Source: the human T2T-CHM13v2.0 reference genome, Homo sapiens. From it: a stretch of 64,000 nt of DNA. Position 1 is the first letter of the stretch. Every line of letters begins with the position of its first letter. Below, in pieces: positions 52,850-64,000 of the stretch. Where the stretch lies: the NCBI RefSeq assembly GCF_009914755.1, contig NC_060931.1; one strand, 5' to 3'. The notes below the pieces were generated by a model. That model saw nothing but the letters and a program-made list of their open reading frames with translations. It had not been told where the DNA came from and did not search any database. A program made the position numbers and the translations under genes.

Positions 52850-54100
52850 AAATAATATTCTTTTTCATGCTCTAAAATTTATAAATTTTAAAATGTGTTA
52901 GAAAATACCTCTATGATTTTGTAAATTAAATGGATGTATTATAATTTATTTATTCAGTTGGATCAAGTTTTGCCATTTTACGTAAGTCTGCTCTGAACAA
53001 TCTTGCCCTTATTGGCTGTTTATCTCCGATTGTATCCTCAAGAGACATCCTAAAACAGAATCACTGGGTGGAAAAGTATGAAATGTTTAAGGTTCTTGAT
53101 GCTTATGACCTAATTGCCTTCTAGAAACGTTTAAACAATTTTTTTTCCCATTAACAGATTGCAACAGTGCCTGTTTCCTGTATTAACCATTGCAATTTTT
53201 TCCTTGCCCTGAGAATTGCCAAACCATGTCCTTTCATAGGACTTTGTTAGTAAATAAGTATTTTTCATATCGAATTGGAAAAAAAAGTTTTGCATATTAA
53301 GAATATTCATCTCCTGACATTTGTTGTAATTCTTTCTTGCAGTTTGTTGTTTATTTTTCTGTTTTCCTAAGAAACCTAATGTATAGCTGAAGTAACCTAC
53401 TAATAATTTCTTGTGTAATAACTTCCTCTATTTTCTCTTCTTTTTGCTTTTTCTACTGCTTTTTAGAAAGTTTGTATCACAATATCAGTTAATATTAAAT
53501 ATTTAATAAATAAAAACTAACTTCATTTCCTGCCAAACCATCAATTTAGTAAACCACTTATTGAACAACTCCACTGATGCGTTGATCAATTTTTATGCCT
53601 GTGATATACTACTTGTATTATTATTGCACTAAAATATATTTTAATATCTTTTAGAGTATGCCTTAGCTGTTCAGCATTTTCTTCCATAAACTTCAGAACC
53701 ACTTGTTAAAGTTCCAAGAACAAAATAAGAAAAATAGCTGTCAGGAATTTGTGCAACTATCAAATCTATAAATTGTTGATCTATCTACCTACCTATCTAG
53801 TTTTTTGGCTATTTTTAATTAGAAGGCCTCTAGTGTTTTATTACCAAGGGTGACATTTAGAATAGATGTTTCTGATCATGATAAGGACATAGCTATCTAT
53901 TTCTACTTAAGTCTTTTGTTTCTTTTAAAAAAATCACATATGGTGTTGGAGTCTATCCAATGCATTTTCAACATCTATTGGGATGATCATATGGTTTTCT
54001 CATTACTCTCTTATACGGACTCTCACTCTAGTTAAATTAATCTGTCTGCTCATTTAAAAATTTTATCATTTTGTATAAGTCACTTTGTTTTTACTTGATG
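52850..54100 (-). mobile_element. Old LINE-1 (L1ME-like) fragments
   Basis: T-rich; GAATCACTGGGTGGAAAAGTATG...CTAATTGCCTTCTAGAAA...ATGCATTTTCAACATCTATTGGGATGATCATATGGTTTT. Confidence 0.65.
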
Positions 54101-54107
54101 CTCTTCT

Positions 54108-54599
54108 GTACTAGTCAGGATTTCTAGGTGCAAGTGACAGAAAACCAAAGTGCAATGAGCTTAAACAGACAAGGAAAGGTCAGTGATTACTTAACTGAAA
54201 AGCCCAACCACAGGGCAGATCCAGGAACCCAAAGGATGCCGTCAGGACTCAGTTTTGCCCTGTAGTTCCTGACACTTCACATTTTTTCATCCTCATGGAT
54301 GCAAGTCCAGAGGGAATCAACCTTTTCCCCCTCTTTTTTATTTTTTGCCGATAGCTCTGACGTAAGTCTTTGACAAAGAATTGATCATCTGCTCAGTCTT
54401 GTACCAATCACTGTGGCCAGAAGCCAGGTAAGCTGATTGACTGACAATGACTGACAACTAGGATACTTGTCCACACTGAGCCTGAGAGCAGACTACACTG
54501 AGGATGGGGGAAGGCTTTTCCACGGAAAAATCCAGGCGGTTTTACCAAAAGAGCAAGGATGGGTTCCAGGTAGACAGACAAATTAGGCATCCACCACAC
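54108..54599 (-). mobile_element. MLT1K-like MaLR solo LTR
   Basis: TGTACTAGTCAGGATTTCTAGGTGCAAGTGACAGAAAACC...ACCAATCACTGTGGCCAG...TTACCAAAAGAGCAAGG...CATCCACCACA. Confidence 0.75.
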
Positions 54600-55434
54600 A
54601 CCCTTAATAGCTCAAAACCTCCCAGGATTGAAGAGCTGAAGTAATTGGTTTTCTTACTACCACATTGCTTCTCCACACTCTCCAATCTTGGGCTTTCACC
54701 CCCTTTCACTGTGGTAGTAATTCTCCACCATTACTATGAAATGAAGGGTCCTAAAACCTATCAGCTCTTTCTGTTTTTAGCCTGAGTTGCTTCCCTGGCT
54801 CAGGGCTGGCTTGGCATTTCTCTTCCTAGAAGACTTCCACTGTGACTGGATCATTAGATCCTTGGTGTTCTGTTGTTCACAACACAGGCTGTGTAGTACG
54901 GCATGGTCTCTCTGTCTTCCTCACTGTGTGTTGCTTCCATGGAGAAGAACCTATGTTTTCCTCAGGGTGAGGATCCAATTACTGATCTCAATACAGGCAA
55001 AATGGGCCTAGGAAAAGAAAGAAGTTACACTGTTTCCCAAGCTTTATGAAATCATTTGCATTGTGGGTCCTGATTCATGATTCTGACTTTCTTGTTGAGA
55101 TGGTAAGTTGCATCTCTCCCTTTGGTAATACCCCAAAGGGAACTAGAAGTGAAAGAAATGTCTCACAGCTCAAAATGCTAAGCGCTTTTACATTAGTAAG
55201 AGCCTCTCTCCAAGGACATTCACCTCAAAAGGTCTCTACCTCACTCAATCATTACCTGTTTAGGGTATTTCAGAGGATAAAAAGGGAGACCTACCCAAGG
55301 CTGAATGGAAACCACTTTTGACCACCTGTAAGACATGAAAACGTCAATTAGATGTAAATATGTTGCAACTTCCTACCTCATAGAAGTGTTGCAAAAATTA
55401 GAAATCAAGATTTATAAACCTAATAGCCTTTTTT

Positions 55435-55507
55435 GATAGATAGATAATAGATAGATAGATAGATGATAGATAGATGATAGATAGAGAGATAGATAGAGAG
55501 ATAGATA
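55435..55507. repeat. Interrupted (GATA)n tetranucleotide STR
   Basis: GATA units with GAT, GATAA and GAGA interruptions. Confidence 0.92.
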
Positions 55508-58500
55508 ATGTCTGACACACCTAGGAGCATATTAAAAGTTAAAACTGCCCTTTGAAAGAAATGGGATTGTAATTGACAGCTATGTTGACCCATGAAGGGT
55601 TCACCAGTGTAATGGCAGTAAGGAGAATGCTGCTTTGTGTGGCTTTAGGGAGAGTCCAGGCCAGCTGCTCAGAAGCAGTTTAATGCCTTCAGGCTGTGGG
55701 TGGGGAAGGCGGGAGGAAAGGGTTGTTGGAGTAACCCAGGTAAATTTGCCAAGGTTCCCAGCAGGGTTTGCCAGCTCAGGCTGAGACTGCCTCAATCCGG
55801 TGCTTTCAAACCAATGCTGAGCGGCACGATTCCTTCCTTGTTTGTCTTGCACTGAAACCAGGAGAGGGATTTGGTAGCTCTCACCAGCTAGGAAACTAGT
55901 ATAAACATTCTTTACTTACTTGGTTTCTCCTCTCTCTTTCATCTTTTGTCTCTGCTTTCTTTTTCCTGAAGCCTTATTATACCTCATCAAATCACCACAC
56001 CCACCAGGATGAATTTAGGGTTGTAGGCAAAACACAGTTACCATGTTGGGCCCTGCGAAGGTTCACTACTGGTGTCTCCTACCGTAAAAGGCACAGTGGT
56101 GGAAAATGAGCATCACCTGATACCAAGCTCCACCTGCAGAAAAGAACAACCTGAGTTGATGCCACACTGTTGTGAACTTGCTTATCTTGCTGTGTCTTGC
56201 AACCAGAGTATGTATATTTCTCTCCTGTTGATGGGAAAATGCAATGTCATTCTTTTCCATGAGTCAAAAATCTTTGGACATTTGGCCTACGATGTTGAGC
56301 ACTTTAAAAGATAGTTAGAGCTTATATTATTACCCAGTCGTCCAATCTAATTATTATTTATTTTTTTAATCACACGTTCAAACCAATAGACATCATAATT
56401 GTTATTGCACTCTCTGGGGTAAGGAATGCTAAGGGAATATGGCCTAAGGACAATGTTAGCCCAAGCCATCTTAACTCTGCAACTGTTGGGCTTTTGTCCA
56501 CCATCATTCCTCTGTCTATCCTCACTGAAAATTGTGAGTTCAGTGTGTGTAGATCCTTGGATCCCATCTGACATAACACCCTGCGCTACTCTTTCCCATC
56601 TCACTTTCTATAATATGAGAATATCAAGATAACAACCATGCCAAGGCTTCTCTAATACCTGAAATGTATTTGGCTACTAGATGCCCTCAGATGCTTTGAG
56701 GTATTCGGTGTCATTGGCACAAGAAATTTGAACTGATATGGAAATGGGCCATGGATTTCCTGTTCTTTACTTATGAAAATTCCTAAACACAGATGTTATG
56801 ATACAGAGTATTAAAATCACCTATTGCCCTGAATGACAGTGTTTGATTAAAAGGACATTGAAGTTGGTCATCTTGAATCTATAACATTTAGGAAATCAAT
56901 CAATCAGTCAATAAGGGGTAGGAGCCAAATACCATTCTCATTGATAACCCTGCCCTTGCATTATTCCAAGAAGTGAACACAGAAGGGATTCTTTACCTGT
57001 AAGGGGTGGTCCCCTAGGAAATCATAAAATAATCTCAAAAATGTGGTTTGGACAAAAACATATTCAGTAATACAATATCATTTTATATTGGAAAAGTATC
57101 AGTTGAGCAACACAAATTTAAGAAAGTAAACTTGGTCAAAGTTATCTGACCTAGTAGTGGTATCCAGAAGGTACAGGGATTCTCAGCCTGTGGCCTGGTA
57201 GAGTCCCAGTGAAGGGGATGTTTATACGAGAGACACACTGAGCCAGGAAGACAAAGTGAGAGACAGAGGGAGAAGAGTATGTATGGATTTTAAAAGATGC
57301 TAAAAAGGTAGAAACTTCTGTTTTCTTCTTTGAGTTGTTAACCTTTCTGGAACTGACAATGATAAAGTCCATGTGTTGAGATATGTCTCTGGGAAAGGAC
57401 ATGTATCTACTGCTTGTGTATCGGTATGTATTCCCTACAGGCATAAGTGGCTTATTTTACCATGACAGTGTTGCAGGGCAAATTACTGTTCTAGGATTAT
57501 TTACACACAGTGGTTTGAACCTGATGGTTTCTTTTTCTTGTTTGGGTGATGGACCCTTGGATATCAAATTTCCTCTGTCTGTACTGCTGTCCCGTGAAAC
57601 TACTTGATTCTAGTGAACAGGAACACAGAGCTTGGCAGTCCTTGATGAAGCATATTTATGAGTTAAGCCCAAATGAATCCAAAACATATGGATTAAATTT
57701 CCCTTGAAATATCTAAATTAAAGGTGGAAAGCACTGTGAAGAATGCACTGGGGACCTGCTTGCTGCTCCTCAGGCCAGTTTTAAAGTTTGAGCTATTTTC
57801 TCCCACTCAAAAGAGCTTCAGGTTTGCCCATGCTGTACAGTACTTGAAGGTCCCACCCTGGCTTTTTCATGGCAACTGCTATTTTGGGGCAGGCAGACCT
57901 TGATATCCCAACAGCGACCCCACCTAAGTCCAGAGGGTCATGCCTCAGGCTGAAAAGGCAATGTTTTATTGAGTGATGCAGCTTAATGTCTCTTCTGGGT
58001 CCCTGCCTCATCCAAACCTTAAACACAATTAATGGTAAATGTACAGGAATGAAAGAAGCCAGGAAGCCCTCCAAAAGGCATTTACAGGCACAACAAGAAT
58101 GACATGGACTCTTTCTCCCACAAGCCAAAGTCACAGTGAATGTAGCTTAGTACTTTAAAAAAAAAAAAAAAGGATAAATAAAACAAAAGCTATCCAGTCA
58201 TTGGAGTTCCTTCATTTACAGATAAATGAAATTATTGTAACTTCCCAAATAATTATACGATACTGAACTTTATCCCATAATCTTGACTTATTTTTTGCAT
58301 TTGCCATCCTGAATTGTAATAGTTATAACTTCAAATAAAGGTGCCTTAAATATCTAATAAAATTTTATCCTCTCTCTGCTTTATACATACAAGGTGTATT
58401 TCATCCAATGGTTTGATCTCAAACCATTATTAATATGATTATGGTTACTTTTTAAATTGCCACAACTTTTACACATAATCTATTGGACTGCCTAGGCTCG

Positions 58501-59530
58501 ACAGAAAATTATTCTTGTATATTTTCTTATAATTACAATAATTGGCCTAGTTTGTCTTTTTTCCCTTACAAGATTGCAATAATTTTCCCTCTGTTCTTTT
58601 GCCTCCACCAGAATATTCCAGTGAAGTTCAGGTCTGTCTACAAATGAGTTGAATTTAGAAATTGATATCGGTAATTTGCTCTATAGATGACCAAACAAAG
58701 AGATTGATTATATTTTCACTGGAAACAGTTTAATTTTCCTTAGATTAATGCCTTCTTTATTGAGGCCAGTGGGACTTCAGAATTCAATGTTCTCAAAATT
58801 TGACCACGTGCACATTTGTCATAATTTCAGGTTGCAATGGTGTCTTTGGAATCAAGTAAAACTATTGATAAAAACTTTTCTTGGGCACCAAAAATGCTCT
58901 TTCTTGTTAATTCTTTGTCCATCGGATTGCAACTGTCCAGAGGCAAGTGACTATAATTTTAAGAGACCTGAAGGTAAATAGATTTCTCCCACTTACCTAA
59001 GGAAATGAGATGAAAATGCTTGCACTTAGTGACATTTTTAAATCCATTACAAAATACATTACATTTTATTCCTTTATTATTAGTATTCATCACAAAGAAA
59101 TGTCCTCACCAAAATAAACCTGTGCCAAGTAAGTTCCAGTTTTTAGACATTATAAAGTTGTCATTGTTTTACTGTTTTTCAAAATATTAACTCTAATCTT
59201 GACTCTCAAAATCTTTGTGGATCTACATACGTGAATTTGGAGAAGTGAATTTTTAATAAACATATTGTGGAGAAAATAAATTTAGAAAATTTAGATCTAA
59301 TGGCATGTTTTGTGGCCAAAACTATCTGATATCATTCGCATCAACAAATGAGCAAGGTAATAGCTCACTGTTCCCTTTATGTAATCATTACCTTTCTGTC
59401 TAGATTTTATCCTGGCCAACCTTGTATAGGGGAAAAATTATGAAAACATTGGAACAGATGACGCCCTTGTGATGTATTCTCAATGACCCTCAAGTAATAG
59501 TTCAGACTTTGGTTTAGAACAAAGCAATAC

Positions 59531-59749
59531 CTCTCCTGAGTCTATGAACTTCCCCAGAGAGGCTGAGTGTTTTAATAAGAAGAGGTCGTCCCAAATAGAG
59601 ACGCAAAATGTCTGATGACTGTTTTAGGGTGTATCTGCTCTGTGCAGATATTTCCTCCATCCTGTCATCATCCTCTGGACTCTCTGGGCCAGACCTCCCT
59701 GTGCCTTGACCCCCTGGCTCTCCCACAGGCTTTAAATCTGGCTCTCTAA
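59531..59749 (-). other. Candidate exon on the minus strand (219 nt)
   Basis: Minus-strand CTTAAT branch, TTCCCACTGCTCCCTCCAG| acceptor, GAG|GTATTG donor; one frame open throughout. Confidence 0.25.
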
Positions 59750-59913
59750 CTGGAGGGAGCAGTGGGAATCTCCATTAAGTATATTAAAGACTTGACATCT
59801 GGCTTTTCTTCCATGCTTCTTGAATCTGGTGATTCGAAGCCAACTTTTAGTGACAACCCATTCTCAGAGAACTGATATTTCACTGTTTCTCCTTGTCACA
59901 CACTGAGCCTTAA

Positions 59914-60314
<401 letters not shown>

Positions 60315-60974
60315 TGAAGGCTGCATTTATACATCCTGCCTTTGTTCCAGGTGCACAGCATGCATACATGTATTTGTTATTTTTTTTGCACTGATACTAC
60401 AAAACATCCTTATTTTGATCACATTTTGAATGACTCATTTTGTTTAAAGCAATAAATTTCATGAACAAAATCAACTCTATCAAATGAAGAACAGTAATAT
60501 GTAGTAAAACAATAGACTAAAGGGTTTTTTGTTTCTTTCAATTTTTACACCTTCTTCTTAAGAGTGTACTATGACCCAAATAGCCATATGTGATTCATGT
60601 GTGGACTTTCATGACATTATACACATAGCAGAACAAGTATGTATGGTTCAAACATTGACAGAAAATACAAAGTTTCTATCCTGGCCAGTTTGGCTGTCTT
60701 TGTAAAGATTCAGCAAGTTTCTTAAAACAGACGGATGAAGTCAATTGCCCAAGTTCTGTGTCAGTAAAGTTAACTAATGTTGAGCTGTTTTTAGTCTCTC
60801 ATATCCTTCAGACAGAACCTAATGAACAAATCCAATCAAACACAGTAGCCTTAAGTCTGAATCACTGTGGCCAGATAGACAAGCAGTAAGTAATTCATTA
60901 TTGAGAGTAATTGCAGTAAACAAGGATGGAGGGTTCTTGACTCCTCTGAGAAGCATTATAGAATAATAAAAAGA

Positions 60975-61915
60975 ATTTAGAGAGATGTGGATTAAAAGTC
61001 TGTCTGTATGCCTTATTAGCTCTGTTGAAACTGCCTTTGCAAAAATTATAACAGTGAGAAAATTATGACAGTGAAAGAGATCTGACCTAACCAACTCCAT
61101 CTTGCCTTTAATCTCCAAACTGCCCTTGGTCATTCCAAGGTCATTCCAAGTCTTAAGGGTAGGCCAAGCTAACTTTGGGAGAAATTTAATTTATAGTTTA
61201 AATGATAATGGCCCTTCCCTTCCCCAAACTAAATCACTTTTGTAAAACTAATGAAAGGCCATCAGGTTAGGAGGATGGGGGGGCCTGAATTCTGCTAAGA
61301 TGATAGGCATAGTTAGATGATTACCAGCCATTATTCCAGCAGTGACAAGATTTGTAACTTCCCCAATACTCCAGTAAATAACCTAATATTGGCCTTTTGA
61401 GATGCCCTTTCAGGCCTTTGCATTTCTGATGACTGGATGGCCACACAGGGACCAGCTACTCCTCTGTGGCCCCCACCTAGAAACAGACTCTGCACCCAAG
61501 GACCATTTTCCACACCCCTATGACTGCATCCTCCAGCCTATTGGCAGCACTCATTCTTTAGTCCCCTGTCAGCCAAACTATCCTTGAAAAACCCTAGCCT
61601 CTGAATTTTCAGGGAGGCTGATTTGAGTAATAATAAAACTCCAGTTACCTGTGTAGCCAGCTCTTAAACTCTTCTCAATTGCCATTTTTCTATATTGAAA
61701 AATTGGCTCTATCTGAGCAGTGATTGAGAAAAAACCCACTGGACAGTTACACTGTGATCTGCAGTAAGTTCTACTACTTCTCTAAGCCTCTGTGTCCATA
61801 CTTCTCAAATGGGGATCAGGATATCTCCTTTCAAAGTTGCCATCATTATAAAATGAGACAAGATGTATAAAGAGATTGACCCAAAGGAGGCCCCAATACA
61901 TGTTGATTAAACTTC
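60975..61915 (+). mobile_element. MIR split by the LTR8 insertion
   Basis: GCCTTATTAGCTCTGT | GATCTGCAGTAAGTT...CTTCTCTAAGCCTC...AAATGGGGAT rejoins into a MIR core. Confidence 0.65.
61026..61751 (+). mobile_element. LTR8-family (ERV1; LTR8A/B-like) solo LTR, complete
   Basis: TGAAACTGCCTTTGCAAAAATTAT...CTCCATCTTGC...CTAACTTTGGGAG...GATTTGAGTAATAATAAAACTCC...GGACAGTTACA; perfect 4-bp TSD CTGT (61022-61025 / 61752-61755). Confidence 0.9.
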
Positions 61916-62699
61916 TCAGCATTGATGGACTAATTTCAAATGCTTCTACCAATATGAGGTACAGAGCTCAAGGAAAGATACAAGATGCTGTTGTCACAGA
62001 ATGTGTTTGATCTTCTCAATTTCACTAGGTACCCAAGATTATTTAGGGCCATGTTTGTAGGTCTTGTCTGCTTTGATAGAGCCAGGAACTAACATCTCTA
62101 GGTTTTCAGCTCCTCACAGAACTCAAAACCTTGCTAAAGAGAACTGGAATGGGAAGAATTCATTGCAAATGTTTAAACATATCTTGTAAATACATAATTG
62201 TACTCTTAACAGATAAATATGTTTGACCTAAATATGTGTACTTCAAGGTAGAGTAGTAGGTACAAATTGGTAGCTTTTCCTAATGTCTAAAATGCAATCC
62301 CTAAAATAATATACAGTCAATGAACTATTGTTTTCCCCGTAGAATAATTCCAATTCAAACTGAGCTTCACAGTCCCTTGAAAGGCTTTTGTGAACTTAAA
62401 GTAGTCAGAATGCATTTAACCTGAAGTCCCTTTACTTCTTCGACTTAAATCAGCCCTATTTGGAGTAAATGAAGAATGGTAGGAAAAACAGTCACCCAAT
62501 TCTATATTACACACCCAGTAATATTATAAATATCATATCTTCATTTTTCTTTGACCAGTATCATCTGAAAAGGTGGCGGGGCAGGGGGGGCGCTGTAGGA
62601 GATTTCAGGAAATGTGGTAGAGAGAAAAAGGATTGCATAGTATTTATTTCCTAAAATCAAACAAACTCAAAGTAAGTAGACCTCAGCAAAGATGCACAC

Positions 62700-63715
62700 A
62701 CAAACATCTTGCAGAAAAAAAGGCGCAACTTTAAGGTCATAAACTAAAAAGTAATGAATGAGGGGAGGGAAAGACAGAGAATTAATTTTGAGAATTGGTG
62801 TGACTCTTCAACCTGACCTTCAGAATCAATCTTGGGAAAAAAGTGGAAAAATCTAGACCAAAACTCCATTAATACCCCCTAACTGAGGGACACTTAGACA
62901 GAGGAAGTATGTATAGGTTCTTGGGCAGGAGATGGGAGGAAAAGAAAATCTCTGAAAATTGGAAGCCCCTCTTCAATACTGCAAAGCCTCACCTGAGGTC
63001 AAACAAATGAAAAACTGGGCAAGACTTCCACCTGGAAAATTGGAGTCACCTTAGTTTCTCCACCAATAAATAGGTAAACTCCACCAATAAACACAGGCAC
63101 TTAGCTGAATGGAAGACAGGAGAAAATAACCCAAAAATCCGGGAGTGTATTCTGAGGCCCTGGTAGAAAAGGCACACAGAGCAGCCCAGTTAAACAAAGA
63201 GCTGCACCGGTTTCTTCTAAATGAGAAGTTGGGGCCCTCAACCATGGGATTTACTGATCTTTGCCCTACACTTGCTAGGAGAGGACTAGGACAGATGCTT
63301 GAGAGCTGAGGGTGAAGCAGGGGAAGGGAGAATTGGGAGCTAATGTTGAGGTTCTGAGGATCCTTCCTGAATGAGCATGGGAGGAAGGAACTTCTGTCTT
63401 TGAAGGTAACCCAAACCAGAGGAAGAGGTGCCCAGGAGAAGTAAACTCCAGCACATACCCCCTTAACCAAGTTGTTGAAGGCAAAGCCAAGATCAGGCCC
63501 TCCAAGCACAACCGCGTATTGAGGTACAAAAGTGCTCCCTGCTCTCACTCTCTCCAAGCTCTTAAAGAAAATTAGAAAATTACAAGAAAACACACATTAT
63601 TCTGACTTCATACTGAAGTTCTAAGGAGGAAGACAAGAAAAGGTGACACAAATGTCCAGGAGAATTCATTAGAACAAAGATTTAATAGACTCTTTAGATT
63701 TTGTTAAAAAATATT
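62700..63715 (+). mobile_element. Possible ancient L1 5' region remnant
   Basis: A-rich text resembling L1M 5' UTR/ORF1 junctions; weak. Confidence 0.3.
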
Positions 63716-63765
63716 ATGGTAACTAGTTGCATAATATCTATATCTATGTTATGGTAAGAAGTAAT

Positions 63766-63932
63766 GCGCAGGTCAGGTAAGTATTTAATAAAAAGCTCTT
63801 GGAGGGAAAACAAAAAGAGCATTTGTAGCATTTGCTAATTTCCATGGTGTAAATAACCCCACCATAGCCAATTAGGAAATTAGAAAGAGGTGCAAACATT
63901 TGACTCTCATGAACCAGCTCCAGCACACCAAC
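63766..63932. mobile_element. MER63-like hAT element
   Basis: ATTTGTAGCATTTGCTAATTTCCATGGTGTAAATA...CCACCATAGCCAAT...GAACCAGCTCCAGCACACCA terminus. Confidence 0.7.
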
Positions 63933-64000
63933 TCATGGTAACTTGCAAAAATTCCACTGTGATAATGATGGAGAAGAGAAGAGCATGCCTAAGACAGATC

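Noticed and set aside
62572-62596. G-rich GGTGGCGGGGCAGGGGGGGCGCTG as a CTCF site or G-quadruplex
   Set aside because: Lacks the 5' CC of the CTCF core and has too few separate G3 runs for a canonical G4
63051-63593. 180-aa minus-strand ORF
   Set aside because: Non-ATG start, antisense to A-rich probable L1-derived sequence, no recognisable homology

Overview
Primate (very probably human) nuclear genomic DNA, either intronic or intergenic. It is CpG-depleted, has no CpG island, and is dense in mammalian interspersed repeats: 13 Alus (J, S and Y types, two nested pairs), old L1M fragments, MIR and L2, MaLR/ERV solo LTRs (THE1C-like, MLT1-like, LTR8-family), hAT and Tc1/mariner relics (MER5, MER20, MER53, MER63, Tigger3a, MADE1), and several microsatellites. 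I recognise no protein-coding gene, rRNA, tRNA or CRISPR array. The supplied ORFs are Alu/L1/simple-repeat read-throughs or chance ORFs, and I cannot name the locus. The most notable non-repeat signal is at about 1.7-4.3 kb. A cluster of NF-kB, STAT(GAS) and IRF-like motifs is followed by an old ~600-bp tandem duplication. Both copies keep a branch point, a 3' splice site and a 5' splice site at homologous positions, suggesting duplicated exons of a possibly inflammation-inducible non-coding or micropeptide transcript. Other candidate exons (including a near-textbook 24-nt microexon at 20589-20612), a strong CTCF motif, a perfect heat-shock element, and several informative nested or rearranged transposon structures are reported. 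Repeat subfamily names come from remembered consensus sequences, not from a database search. All exon and regulatory calls are predictions, and pseudo-exons are common in DNA like this.
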